Source: Chiloscyllium plagiosum
Taxonomy: Eukaryota
Assembly (NCBI RefSeq): GCF_004010195.1
Contig: NC_057749.1
Span: forward strand, 11,451,540 to 11,515,539
Direction of reading: 5' to 3'
Length of the DNA stretch: 64,000 bases
The notes under the pieces are model-generated. The model was given only the letters and a program-made list of their open reading frames with translations. It was not told where the DNA came from and did not search any database. Position 1 is the first letter of the stretch; every line of letters begins with the position of its first letter. Made by a program: the position numbers and the translations under genes. Shown here piece by piece: positions 11,251-25,419 of the stretch.

Positions 11251-13849
11251 TGAAAGTAGAGACACTACCATTGCACCACAAGAGCCCCAGTCATATCTCG
11301 ATATTTTGGGAAATAAATTTATTTGTTAGCATTCAATATGGGTACTCATCATCTGACTAGCTTTGAAGAGTATGTTTAAGGTAAGCTCAAAATTTAAAGG
11401 ACTATTTAACTGAACTAAAACAAACATTGATATGTTATCAAAAATAAATTACTTTAATTAAAGTTGTGATATAATATATTGTGCACCTTCTCCACCTCCC
11501 TTTCCAGAAAATGGGGCAGAGGTTGTGAAGACCGAGAGGGGCTTCTGAACCACAGCCACCAATGGTTAATACCATTTCCTCTATAATACATACTGTTGAC
11601 TTATGAGGTAGAATGATAACAGTGTGTAATTAGGTTAAGTTTTCATTTGGCCTGATTTTGTTTTCAACACATCTTGGGGACAGGAAATATACTGTTAAGG
11701 TGCCCACAGTGCCTCAATTTGATGCTCTGAGGTCAGAAGTTACATTGTGTAAACTTGCATCAGTGCTCCATTGTAAATGTAAATTTTTCTTACAAAGAAT
11801 TCTGATTTAATTGACTACGATTACTCTGAATTTGTTATAATAGAGTCTAATTACTGGTAACCATGATGAAATGTTGTTTGCTTTTAATGACAGTGCCCTT
11901 TAATTGATCACGGTTGTATATATTCTGGCAGGACAAACCAGGTTATTTTAGCTTGGCTGGGAAGCACATGCTTCTTGATGATTTTACTCTTGTTATTGAT
12001 AGTTGAGGCCGTATAGACCATGAAAGTCTCTGGTGTCTGCTGAATTACTTGTTTTGGTTTCCATTCTGGGAGAGGTATTTCCGGATAGTATTATGGTAAA
12101 ATGCAAGGATATGAGGAAAACAAAGGGTTAAGTGGAAAGCTCTTCCAAAGAGTCAGCACAAGCATGATGATTTCAATGGCTGCTACCGATATTTTTAGAT
12201 TCTATGCTTAGTTCTCATCAGTCATAGTTAAAGCAGGTTATTTGGTTGTCTGTCTCGTTGTTTAAAGGGGTTTTGTTATGATTACATTGGTTGTGATATT
12301 TCCTGAATCCAATTGCTGTATTTACTGAAACATTTTTGGAGTCATGAAAGGTACTATATAAATGCAGATTGTCTATTTTACCCTGGCTTTGACATCCCTT
12401 CACGGTTGTGCTTCTCCCTGCCTCTGCAAATTCCTGCATTCCTCTGAGATACCGATGTACTTTCAATTCTAAATAATTGCTCAATAGTCCAAAACTTAGT
12501 GGGCAGCATCCTGATCATGCTCAACCAGCCCATGGTTGCAAGGGTCAGAAAAGATATGAGATGTGATTCTGCTATTGGAAATCATTTAATAAATAATCCA
12601 GACTGTGGTAAGTTGTACTGGAAACCAATTTAAAGTCATTAGTATCTCTCAGTGAGCATTCTAGAAACTATGTTTGTGTGCTTGATGTTATCTATATAAA
12701 TACATAAGACCCTGTTCTACGTAGGTAAAAGGAGTTTTGCTTCCATTGCTCCAAAACAGTAATGCAGACAACCCATCTTTCGTACATCCACATGGCAACA
12801 CATTGACCAATCAGAATCAATATGCTTGGTCTGACAATTAAGATTAACAGGCAACTGCTGCATCCCCATACAATAGTCTGCACTCTATTTACTTGCTTGA
12901 TAAGGATGGTGTGTGTTTCTTTTGTATCCTTCTGATGAGTGCAAGAAAGTAAGTTTTGTCTTGTTCCCTTGAGTCATGCTTATAACCTTTAACTCTGCAA
13001 AAAAAGAGAAACAATGTTGTCAGTACTCATGACAGTCAGTATCTGTGGAGAGGAAAGTTGGCTTTTCGGGTTGAGATGACCTTTCGTCATTAGAAAGGTC
13101 TTCACGACCTGAAACATGGACTCCATTTTCTCTCCAAAGTGCTGCCTGACCCCTCTTTCCAGCATTTGTTTTGGCTTTTTACTTCAGTTTTCCAGCATTT
13201 GTAGTATTTTGCTCTTGTGTAACTCATTTCAATTCTAACCTCTGTCCCCAGTTTACTCATTGCACAACTGGTGGTCATGCTTTCAGCTGCCAAAGGCCGA
13301 ACGTCTGGAATTTTGTTGCTCCCTTCTGATATGCAACTAACAAAGAGTGTTGCCTAAACAACCTGTTGAAAACGCTATTTTAAAATGTTGAAAGGCTGTA
13401 TGTAAATTTGACTGGCACACATGGCTATATTTCACTTTCCCAAGACAAGCTGTCATCTATTGTATTGAGTAAATGTGAAAAAAACTTAACTTGTTTGACT
13501 AAGCAGTCACTGGACAAACAGGTTTTTCGGAAATTGTTCATCACAAATGCTGTGGCTAAAGAGTAGGGATAACATAATGCAGTTTACCTTTTGTTAGTGA
13601 ACAATCAAAAATCTGTTGAGTTGAAGGTGGAAATAAATAACTATCATTCACCCTTGTAACAGCAGTCTGAATAATTCAGTCATGTTTACTTATATGGCTC
13701 TTTGTATGGACCTGAAATTGAGAAGATAACATACTGTGGAAATAATATGGTATTTCTAGATGCTGTTACATAAGAGCAGAAGGAGGCACACTAGTGGCCA
13801 TGTAAGAATAAATTCAAGTGCCCATGCACAGAAATGAAGCAGCTGTGCT

Positions 13850-14650
13850 TTCTAAAAGAACAATAGACGACACCCTTATTTAGGAAAAGATGTAAGGATA
13901 GTCTCATCAACGACAAGCAAGTTAGTTTAACACTAGCTAAAGTTTTAAAAACAATAATCATTAACACTTGAGCAGGAGCTGTTTGAATTAAAGTAGCCAG
14001 TATAGATTTGTGAAAGGCAAGGAATGCTTGACTCAATGAAATTTTTGATAAAGAAGGAAACAAGCTGCATGCCAAATGAGTTCTGCAAAAGCATTTGAAG
14101 TCAGTGTATATTAACAAAATTGAGGCCCATAGCATAAAGAGTAACTAATTGGCTTAAAGATAGAAAGCAGAATGTCGTGATCAATGGTACTTTTCTGACT
14201 GGAGCACAGTGTTCCCCAAGGATCACCGCTCAGACCACTGCTTTTTCTGCTTTTATGTAAATGCTTTCTATCTTAGAAAATAAACCAGGACTTTGAAATT
14301 CCTGATGGTACCAAATTTTGAGGAGTGGTTAACAGTGAGTGATTTCTATCATCTGCAAAATGGCATTGATTAGATAAGAGAGAAATGGTCAGTGGTATTT
14401 TCTACAGGGGAGTGTGAGGTGAAACATTTTAGCATAAGAAATAAGGCAAGATATTATAGATTTGATAACACAGTTATGGCCATTATGGAAGAAAAGGATC
14501 TGGAGGATGTGTGCATTGATCTTCAAATGTGGCAGGGCACATTTGGAGCAATTTGCAAATGATTTATCATCCTTAAACATCATTAATAGAGACATTTGAA
14601 TATAAAAGCAGAGAATCTGTGTTGAATCATTTTTAAGCTTTGTTTTGGTT
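13850..14650 (+). mobile_element. Old degenerate CR1-like RT remnant
   Basis: Nucleotide similarity to the CR1 RT region (AGCCAGTATAGATTTGTGAAAGGCAAG..., GTTCCCCAAGGATCA) with no intact frame. Confidence 0.55.
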
Positions 14651-15419
14651 ATAGTTACTATTTTTTTTTAGAAGGCCTTGAAAGTATTTCATATACACCA
14701 CTAGGAAGTCAGAATGTATTTTTAAGATTTCAGAAATGTGTAGTATGGTGTCAGTATGTTTGAGTGTATCAGGTCTTTGGGTAGATAACCAAAGCTAAAA
14801 GAATGCCATACTGAGATTAGTTAATCAGTGTCTCTTTCATCTGGTTTACATTTCTCTTGTTATGAGGTTTGTTTCATTTTTGTTAAAATTCCATCCTGTC
14901 GTCTTTGTATTTTATCACTGCCTACCACAGTACTGTAGAAATAAATTGTTGAAATAGACTCTGTTTCCCAGTAATGCTACATTCCACACCCCCACAATTA
15001 ACTGCTGGCAAAGAATTGCATCACTGTTTCATAGGCCAGCAACTTTACAATGTGGGTTGTGTTGTAGAAATTCTTACTGTCTGCTATTTAACAGTTTTGG
15101 CACTATATTGAATGCCATGATATACAGTGTAATCTTTCTTCCTTGCTCTGAAAAACAATGATTCACGTGAGGGTGCCAAACACCTATCGTGTTGTACCCA
15201 CGTAGCTAGGTTTGAATAGAGTTTGGTGGAGTATCACTAACTGAGATGACATTCAGGCCTATCAACAAAGTAGAATTTAGATGCTGCTTATGAGTTAGAG
15301 GGAAAATGTTGAGAACCTAGACCAGAAAAGCACAGCATGATGCCATTCTAAACTAATCCCATCTATCTGCATATGGGCCATATTCCTCTATTCTCTGCCT
15401 GTTCTTCTGACTGAATGCC

Positions 15420-15755
15420 TTTTTCTTGTTCATGGGATGGTCCTAGGCGAGCAATTATTGCCCATCCCTAATTGACCAGAGGGCAATTAAGAGTCAACCA
15501 CACTCTCTGGGTCTGGAGTCATGCATTGGGCAGGCCAAGTAAGAATTTCCAATTATTTTCCCTATCGGACATTAGTGAATCAGATTTGGATCTGGTGACA
15601 GTGTAGGATTTTTGTGGCAATCAGCAGTGGTTACTATCCGTTTAGTTTTTTTAAATAAAACTCCCTACTGTGTGGAAGCAGGCCATTCAGCACATGGAGT
15701 CCACACTGACCCTCCGAAGAATGTTCCACCCAGACTCGCCCTATCCCTGTAACCT
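15420..15755. mobile_element. SINE-like remnant (15420-15620) and HE1/CR1 3'-tail fragment (15660-15755, -)
   Basis: 15420-15480 resembles the L2-like tail at ~8005-8070; 15660-15755 resembles the tail of the SINE at 32400. Confidence 0.45.
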
Positions 15756-16329
15756 TTTATTCCAGATACTTTTCATTGAATTCAAATTTCTTCATTGGCT
15801 GTGATGGGACTGGAATCTCTGACATTAGCCTCATGTTCTGAAATACTAGCCCGGATACGAGATCCGCCAAACTCTTTGTAATTGCAACAAGACATCTTTA
15901 ATTCTGTACTTGAGCCTCCTTACAGAGAAAGCAAACATTGCCATTTGATTTTCATGATCCATCACATATCCAAGTTCTTTTGGATGTCAACACTTGACAA
16001 TCTGTCACCAGTTAAGAGCCTTTCTCTCTTCGACCATAACTTCAAACCTATTCACATCATGTTCCGTCTGCTATATTCTTGCCCATTCAGTTAAGTTTCC
16101 AAGTCCCCTTGAAGCTTCCTTGCACCCTTTTCAAACATGTATTCTCACTAGTTTCGTGTTATGAGCAAATTTTGAAATAATACATTTAATTTTCACATTC
16201 ATAAAGTCCTACAGCACAGAAACAGACCTTTGGGTCCAACCAGTCCATGCAGACCATAATCCCAAATTAATTTAGACCTACCTGCTTGTGCTTGGCCCAT
16301 ATCCAGGTAGTTCTCCTATAACACGTGTT

Positions 16330-19300
16330 ATGTAGAACATAGAACAATACAGCACAGGACAGGCCCTTCAGCCCACGATGTTGTGCCGAACATTTGTCCT
16401 AGCTTAAGCACCTATCCATGTACCGATCCAATTGCCGCTTAAAGGTCACCAATGATTCTGCCTATGCCACTCCCACAGGCAGCGCATTCCATGCCCCCAC
16501 CACTCTCTGGGTAAAGAACCTACCCCTGACATCTCTTTNNNNNNNNNNNNNNNNAAAAGTTTCTGACTGTCTATTCTATCTATTCCTCTGATCATCTTAT
16601 AAACCTCTATCAAGCCACCCCTCATCCTTCGCCTTTCCAATGAGAAAAGGCCTAGCACACTCAACCTATCCTCGTACGACCTATTCTCCATTCCAGGCAA
16701 CATCTCTGTACCCTCTCCAAAGCTTCCACATTTTTCCTAAAATGAGGCGACCAGAACTACACACAGTACTCCAAATGTGGCCTTACCAAGGTCCTATACA
16801 GCTGCAACATCACCTCACGACTCTTGAATTCAATCCCTCTGCTAATGAACACCAATATACCATAGGCCTTCTTACAAGCTCTATCNNNNNNNNNNNNNNN
16901 NNNNNNNNNNNNNNNNNNNNNNNNNNNNNNNNNNNNNNNNNNNNNNNNNNNNNNNNNNNNNNNNNNNNNNNNNNNNNNNNNNNNNNNNNNNNNNNNNNNN
17001 NNNNNNNNNNNNNNNNNNNNNNNNNNNNNNNNNNNNNNNNNNNNNNNNNNNNNNNNNNNNNNNNNNNNNNNNNNNNNNNNNNNNNNNNNNNNNNNNNNNN
17101 NNNNNNNNNNNNNNNNNNNNNNNNNNNNNNNNNNNNNNNNNNNNNNNNNNNNNNNNNNNNNNNNNNNNNNNNNNNNNATCTACTGCCACTCTCTGACTTC
17201 GGCCGGTTAGCTAGTTCTCTATCCAACTGGCCAAACCTCCCACTATCCCATGCCTCCTGACTTTCCGCATAAACCTACCATGGGGAACCTTATCAAATGC
17301 CTTACTAATATCCATGTACACTATATCCACTGCTCTACCCTCATCCACTTGCTTGGTCACCTCCTCAAAGAATTCAATAAGACTTGTAAGGCAAGACCTA
17401 CCCCTCTCAAATCTGTGCTGGCTGTCCCTAATCAAGCAGTGTCTTTCCAGATACTCATAAATCCTATCCCTCAGTACCCTTTCCATTACTTTGCCTACCA
17501 CCGAAGTAAGACTAACTGGCCTGTAATTCCCGGGGTTATCCCTATTCCCTTTTTTGAACAGGGGAACAACATTCGCCACTCTCCAGTCCCCTGGCACCAC
17601 CCCCATTGATAGTGAAGACGAAAAGATCATTGCCAACGGTTCTGCAATTTTCTCTCGCTTCCCACATAATCCTAGGATATATCCTGTCAGGCTCGGGGGA
17701 CTTGTCTATCCTCAAGTTTTTCAAAATGCCCAACACATCTTCCTTCCTAACAAGTATCTCCTCTAGCTTACCAGTCCTTTTCATACTCTCCTCTTCAGCA
17801 ATACAAGCCCTCTCATTTATAAATACTGAAGAAAAGGACTCATTCAAGACCTCTCCTTTCTCTTCCGACTCAATACACAGTCTCGCACTACTGTTCTTGA
17901 TCGGACCTACCCTCGTTCTCGTCATTCTCATGTTTCTCACATACGCATAAAAGGCCTTGGGGTTATCCTTGATCCTACCTGCAAAAGATTTTTCATGCCC
18001 TCTGTTAGCTCTCCTAATCCCTTTCTTCAGCTCCCTCCTGGCTATCCTGTATCCCTCCAACGCTCTGTCTGAACCTTGTTTCCTCAACCTTATGTAAGCC
18101 TCCTTCGTCCTCCTTACAAGACATTCAACCTCCCTCGTCAACCAAGGTTCCCTCACACGACCATCTCTTTCCTGCCTGACGTGTCCTTAATATATATGTA
18201 CCTGTCGTATCTGTTCCTTGAAAAAGTTCCACATTTCCACGACATCCTTCCCTGACAGCCTGTGCTCCCAATTTATGCTCCTCAGATCCTGTCTTGCAGC
18301 ATCGTATTTACCCTGCCCCCAATTGTAAAACCTGCCCTGTTGCACGCACCTATCTCTTTCCATAACCAAGGTGAAAGTCACAGAATTGTGGTCACCATCA
18401 CCAAAATGCTCACCCACTAACAAGCCCATCACTCGTCCCGGTTCATTACCAAGTACCAAATCCAATATGGGCTACCCTCTGGTCGGACAATCTACATACT
18501 GAGTTAGAAAAGCTTCCTGGACACACTGCACAAACACCGCCCCGTCCAATCTACTTGATCTAAAGAGCTTCCAATCAATATTTGGGAAGTTGAAATCGCC
18601 CATGACTACTACCCTGTGGCTTCTGCACCCCCTCCTTTTTTACCATCCCCCCCAATCTTACTGCAACATCTGTAACCAGGAACCTCCCACAACCATTCCT
18701 ATCCCTCTTCTATCCACGTTTCCGTGATGGCCACAACATCATGGTCCCAAATGCCGATCCACGCCTTAAGTTCACCCACCTTATTTCTGATACTCCTTGC
18801 GTTGAAGTATACACACTTGAGCCCATCTCTGTGTCCGCAAGTATTCCCTGTCAGTGCTACCTTCTCCACAGCCTCCCTACATTCTTGGACATATTGAAAA
18901 ACAGCTAACCTACTTGCTGGACTACAAGTCCGGACCCCATCCCCCTGCCAAATTAGTTTAAACACCCCCGAAGAGTGCTAGCAAACCTACCTCCCAGGAT
19001 ATTGGTGCCCTTCTGGTTCAGGTGCAACCCGTCTTGCTTATACATGTCCCACCTTCCCCAGATTGCAGTCCAATTGTCCAAATATCTGAAGCCCTTCATC
19101 CTGCACCATCCTTGCAGCCACGTGTTCAACTGCGCACTCTCCCTATTCCTTGCCTCACTGTCACGTGGCACCGGCAACAACCCAGAGATGACAACTCTGT
19201 CCGTCCTAGCTTTTAGCTTCCAGCCTAATTCCCTGAGCTCCTGAATGACCTCCCCATCCCTCTTCCTACGTATGTTGTTGGTGCCAATGTGCACCATGAC

Positions 19301-20160
19301 TTCTGGCTGCACACCCTCTCCCTTGAGGATTCTGAATACACGGTCCGAGACGTCTCGGACCTTGGCACCCGGGAGGCAACAAACCATCCGAGAGTCTCAC
19401 CCATGTCCACAGAATCACCTGTCTGTCCCTCTAACTATAGAGTCTCTTATAACTAGCGCTCTCCCCCTCTCCCCCTTTCCCTTCTGGGCCTCAGAGCCGG
19501 ACCTCGTGCCAGAGACCCGGTCACTGCAGCTTACCCCTGCTAGGCCGTTTCCCCCCACCCCCCCCACCCCATACAGTATCCAAAGTGGTATACTTATTGT
19601 TGAGGGGAACGACCATAGGGGATCCCTGCATTGCCTGCTTCCTCCCCTTCCCACCTCTAACTGTTACCCAGCTACCTCTGTTCTCTGGCGTAACTATGTC
19701 CTTGTAGCTTCTATCTATCACCCTCTCAGCCTCTTTAATAATTCTCAGTTCATCCAACTCCAGCTCCAGTTCCCTAACGTGGTCCGTGAGGAGCTGTAGC
19801 TGGCTGCACTTCCTGCAGGTGAAGTCGGCAGGAGCATCGGTGGTCACCCCTACCTTAAACATCCTGCAGGAGGAACATTCCACTGCCTGCGCTGCCATAA
19901 CTCTACACTTAGTGTCCAAAACAAGAACACTAAGTAGCTTACCTGTTCAGCCGACTGGGTCCTTTTTTTTAGGTTAGAGGAGGCGGGAGGGTGGGAGACA
20001 CTACACATGCAGTGTCTTGGGTTCCTTCTCCACTCAAACTTCTTACCTTCCCAGAAGCCTCTGAGACGACTTCCTGCTCCTAGTTGAAAAAAAAACACAG
20101 ACTGCGAAAAGAAAAATGTTAATTTAAACTGGTCTCCGCTTACCTTCTGGCTCCCCTCTC
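16330..20160 (-). mobile_element. Near full-length CR1 LINE (5' UTR, ORF1, ORF2) with assembly gaps and internal deletions
   Basis: Long ORF2 pieces 17542..18156, 17211..17636 (GNYRPVSLTSVVGK..MDISKAFDKVPH) and 18699..18965 (YFNARSIRNK..AITETW). TAGAACATAGAACA tail at ~16332. Confidence 0.95.
18953..19919 (-). pseudogene. CR1 ORF1: zinc finger, leucine zipper and SGNH esterase domain, frameshifted
   Basis: CSSC..CRKC, LELELDEL, VIRDSIVRG (GDS block), CLPGAKV, HIGTNN, DGLHLN across three frames. Confidence 0.9.
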
Positions 20161-20417
20161 TGTGCACTTGCTGTAGCACTGAGGATGCGATTTGTAAATG
20201 CGATTTGGCTGTAAGACAATTTGTGAATTGTGGGCTTGATTTAGAAAGTGAAATCTTGTTGGTTATTGCACGATTCCATCCCTTTATTACCAGTAGGTTG
20301 TGATTTTGGGGGAAGGAGGGACCCCTCGTTTGTCTAAAACCTGAGACCCATCAAAACCTCCAGCCGTTCAAAGCATCCAGTCTTTCAGCCACTCCCTCAA
20401 AAAAAAGCTTTTACTGA

Positions 20418-23400
20418 ACATCACAGAGATGTACAGCACGGAAACAGACCCTTCAGTCCAACTCATCCATGCCGACAAGATATCTTAATCTAGTCTCATT
20501 TGCTAGCATTTGGCCATCTCCCTCTAAACCCTTCCTATTCACATACCCATCCAGATACCTTTAAATGTTGTGACTTAACCAGCCACCACCACTTCCTCTG
20601 GCAGCTCATTCCATGCACCACCCTCTGTGTGAAGAAGTTACCCCTTAGGTTCGTCTTAAATTTTTCCCCTCTCACTCTAAACCTATGCCCTCTAGTTCTG
20701 GACTCCCCCACCCCAGGGAAAAGACCTTGTTTATTTACCCTATCCATGCCCCTCGCGATTTCATAAACCTCTATAAGGTCATCCCTCAGCCTCTGACCCT
20801 CCAGGGAAAACAGCCCTAGCCTATTCAATCTCTTCCTATAGCTCAAATCCTCCAACCCTGGCAACATCCTTGTAAATAATTTCTGAACCCTTTCAAGTTT
20901 CACAACACCTTTCTGATAGGAGGGAGACCAGAATTGCAAGCAATATTCCAAAAGTGGCCTAACCAATGTCCTGTACAGCTGCAAACTGCCCTTCCAACTC
21001 CTGTACTCAATGCTCTGACTGAAAAAGGAAAGCATACCAACCACCTCCTTCACTATCCTATTGACCTGCAGGTCTACTTTCACGAACTCGAACCTGCATT
21101 CCAAGGTCTCTTTGTCCAGCAACATTCCCCAGGACCTTACCATTAAGTGTGTAAGTCCTGCTCTGATTTGCTTCTCCAAAATGCAACACCTCACATTTAT
21201 CTAATTTAAACTCCCTCTGCCATTCCTCAGCCCATTGGCCCATCTATCAAGATCCTTTTGTACTCTGAAGTAATATTCTTTGCTGCCCACTGCACCTCCA
21301 ATTTTGGTGTCATCTGCAAACTTATCTCCTTTGTTCACATCAAATCATTTACATAAATGACGAAAAGCAGTGGACCGAACTCCGATCCTTGTGGTACACC
21401 ACAGGTCACAGGCTTCCAGCCTGAAAGGCAACCCTCCACCACCACCACCATCTACCTTTGAGCCAGTTCTCCATCCAAATGACTAGTTCTTCCAGTATTC
21501 CATGAGATCTAACCTTGATAACCAATCTCCCATGGGAACCTTGTTTAATGCCTTACTGAAGTCCAAATAGATCATGTTGACAGCTTTGTCCCCCTCAATC
21601 CTCTTCATTACTTCTTCAAAAAAGTCCATCAAGTTAGTGAGGCACAATTTCCCACAGGCAAAGCCATGTTGACTATCCCTAATCAGTCCTTGCCTTACCA
21701 AATGCATATAAATCCTGTCCCTTGGAATTCCCTGCAACAACTTACCCACCACCATTGTCAGGCTGACCGGTCTATAGTTCTTTGACTTTTCCTTACCACC
21801 TTTCGTCAATAGTGCCACCATGTTAGCCAGTGTTCCGGCATCTCTCCTGTGACTATCGATGATACAACTATCTCAGCAAGGGGCCGAGCAATCACTTCCC
21901 TAACTTCCCACAGAATCCGAGGGTACACTTGATCAGGTCCCTGGGATTTATCCATCTTTATGCATTTTAAGACATCCAGCACCACCACCTGTTCAATACG
22001 GACATTCTTCAAGATGTCACTGTCTATTTCTCCACATTCTATATTTTCCGTAACCTTTTCCACAGTAAATACTGATGCAAAATACTTAGTATCTTCCCAT
22101 CTCCTGTGTTTCCACATTGGCAGCTTTGTTGATCTTTGAGGGGCTGTATTCTCTCCCTCATTACCCTTTTATCCTTAATGTATTTGTGGAATCCCTTTTA
22201 GATTTTCCTTAACTCTATTTGCCAAAGCTCTCTCATGACCCCTTTTGCCCTCCTGATTTCCCTCTTCAGTATATTCCTACTGCCTTTATACTCTTCTAAG
22301 GATTCACTTGATCTTTGCTGTTGAAACCTGTCATCGGCTTCCTTCTTTTTCTGAACCTACCAGCTTTGCCTTTAACCCAAACAGGAATATACTGTCTCTG
22401 GACACTCTATCTCGTTTCTGTCGGCTTCCCATTTTCCATTCTTCTCTTTACCTGCAAATATCTGCCCCCAATCAGCTTTTGAAAGTTCTTGCCTAACACC
22501 GTCAAATTTGGCCTTCCTCCAAATTAGAGCTTCAACTTTTAGATCTGGTCTATCTTTTCCATCACTAATTTAAAACTAATAGAATTATGGACACTGGCCC
22601 CAAAGTGCTCCCCCACTGACACCTCAGTTACCTGCCCTGCCTTATTTCCCAAAGGTATGTCAAGTTTTACACCTCTAGTAGGTACATCCATGCTTAACAA
22701 ATTCCTCTCCATCTAAACCCTTAACACTATGGCAGTCCCAGTCTATGTTTGAGAAGTTAAAATCCCCTGCCATAACCACACTAATATTCTTCAAGATAAT
22801 TAAGATATCTTTACAAATTTGTTTCTTAATTTTCCACTGACTATTGGGGGGTCCATTACACAATCCCAATAAAGTGGTCGTCCCCGTGTTAGTTCTCAGT
22901 TCCATGCAAATAACTTACCTGAAGCATTCTCAAGAATATCTTCCCTCATTACAGCCATAATGCTATCCCTTATTAAAAACACCACCCCCTCCTTCCCCTT
23001 TCTGTCGTTCCTGTAGCATTTGTATCCTGGAACATTAAGCTGCCAGTCCTGTCCATCCTGGAGCCATGTCTCTGTAATTGCTATGATATCCTAGTTACAT
23101 GTTCCTAACATGCCCTGAATTCATCTGCTTTCCCTTTTAGGCCTCTTGCATTGAAATGAATGCAGTTTAATTTATTAATCCTACCTTGTTCTCTGCTTTG
23201 TTCTTGCCTGCCCTGACTGTTTGACTCGCCTTTATTCTCAACATCAGATTGATCTCTTTCCTCATTATGTCCCTAGGACTAGTCCCCTACCTTACTTGTT
23301 TAAATTCTGCTGAGCAGCCTGAGCAAATCTCCGTGCCAGTATATTAGTCCCTTTCCAATTCAGGTGCAATCCGTCCTTCTACAGGTCACTTCTACCTGAG

Positions 23401-24570
23401 AAATTATCCCAGTGATCCAAAAATGTAAATCCTTCTCCCCTACACCAGCTCCCCAGCCATGTATTCACCTGCTCTATCCTCCTATTCCTATCCTCATTAG
23501 CACGTAGCACCAGGAGTAATCCGGATATTACTACCCTCGAGAATCTCTTTTTTAAAAATTCCTGCCTACCTCTCTGTAATCTCCCTCCAGAATCTCATCC
23601 TTTGCCGTTCCTGTGTTGTTAGTTCCAACGTGTACAATGACCTCCTGGTCCCTCTCCCCTTGGAGAATATCCTGCACCCTGTTTAAGATACCCTTGATCC
23701 TGGCACTAGGGAGGCAACACCATTCTGATTTCTTGGTGTTAGCCACAGAAATGTCTGTCTGTCTGCCTTTGACTTAGATGGTTCCCTATTACAATCGATT
23801 GCGTAGAATCTGACGTAGCCCTCATTACATTAGTGCCATTCTTAATACCAGAGACTTTGATCGTGCCATACTCCCCCAACAGGCCATCACCACCTACATT
23901 TTCCAAAACAGCATACTTGTTTGAGATGGGGATAGCCACAGGAGATTCCAGCACTACCTTCCTCCCTCTCCTACCTTTCTTGGAATTAACCATCTACCTG
24001 ACTGTACCTACGGCTTTTCTCCAGTCCTGTAACTGCCATTCATCATCTCCCCAGCTCCTGTAAATTCCTTATTACCTCTAACTGCTGCTCCAACCGATCC
24101 ATGTGATCTGATAAGAATAGCAACTAAAAACACTTTCTGCAGATCAAATTATCAGCAGCATGGAAACTTTCCCTAATCTCCCACAGCCAACAGGAAGAGT
24201 ACATCACTCTACTAATGACCATGTTTTGCTCCTTTATAATGTACAAACCCAGAAAATGGCCCAGTCTTAGAGCTCTAAAAACATTGCTCCAGACTAACTC
24301 TGTATTTATAGTTTATATTTTGAAAATTTAATCTCGAAACCGATCTCAATAAAACACAATCAAGAAAGAAGCCACTGTACTCACTGTTGTAGATTTACAG
24401 CAGGGTTGCACTTAAAAGCTGTGCACTTATCTGTTCCTGTGCTGTGAGCTCTCCCACACAGCTTCCTCCAAGGTCATCTGTGAATTTCACTCTTAATTTT
24501 TCCTAAACTTACTCCGATGTCCAGAGATACATAAACTCAAACAGCAAAGGCAGTAACTGTGCAGATTCAT
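20418..24570 (-). mobile_element. Near full-length decayed CR1 LINE (same subfamily as 51651-56592)
   Basis: ORF2 fragments 20535..21194, 21483..21821, 22675..22905; ORF1 esterase fragment 23552..23746. 5' UTR 24400-24540 matches 56470-56592. Confidence 0.93.
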
Positions 24571-25235
24571 AGAACATTACAGCACAGTACAATCCCTTCA
24601 GCCCTTTGTTGCGCCGACCTGTGGAACCAATCTGAAGCCTATCCTACACTCTTCCATTTTCATCCTTATGTTTATCCAGTGACCGTTTAAATGCCTTTAA
24701 AGTTGGCGAGTCTACTACTGTTGCAAATAGTGCATTCTACGCCCCGACTACTCGAGTTAAAAAAACTACCTCTGATATCTGGTTCTGTGTCTATCACCCC
24801 TTAATTTAAAGCAATGTCCCCTCGTGTTAGCCATCACCATCTGAGGAAAAAGGCTCTCACTGTCTGCTCACGCTCGCTCTCTTCACCCCCCCCCCCCCCC
24901 CTTTTCCTTGCCTTGCTAGCACCTGGCACGGCTAACAAACCAGAGATGATAACTCTATCTATTCTAGCTCCAAGTGTCCACCCTGGCTCCCTGAATTTCT
25001 GCCTTAAATCCCCATCCCTTTCCTACCTATGTCACTAGTATCTGTGTGGAACATGACTTGGAGCTGCTCCCCCTCCCTCTCCAGGATCCCAAAAACACAA
25101 CCCGAGACATCACCAATCCTGACACCTAGGAGGCAATACACTGACCCTGAGTGTCTCTCATTCCCACCGAACCTTCTATCAGCACTCCAGCTATGGAGTC
25201 CCAATGACTAATACTCTGCCCTTCTCTCTCTTCCC
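24568..25235 (-). mobile_element. CR1 3' end (24568-24870) next to an ORF1 esterase fragment (24905-25235)
   Basis: CATAGAACATTACAGCAC tail; ORF 25004..25204 YCLLGVRIGDVSGCVFGILEREGEQ. Confidence 0.8.
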
Positions 25236-25419
25236 TCTCTTCCCCCCCCCCCCCCCCCCNTGTTTCTTTCTTTGACCATTTGATCACTGCATTTGTTTGT
25301 CTTCCTCCTTGTGTGAAAAGAAAGCTTCCTGCTTTTTTTCCTTCCTCTTTGGAAATGTTTTGGGAATAATTTATTTATGACTGTTTTCATTATGGCACAG
25401 AAGGTTCCCCCATTAAATC

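Noticed and set aside
11480..11580. Pyrimidine tract plus CAG followed by a purine-rich stretch, a possible exon
   Set aside because: No strong donor and no recognisable peptide.
16886..17177. Long ORFs containing X runs (also ~16538-16554 and ~36762-36861)
   Set aside because: Assembly gaps; the ORF lengths are artefacts.
17554..19799. Plus-strand ORFs overlapping the CR1
   Set aside because: Antisense shadows of LINE coding sequence.
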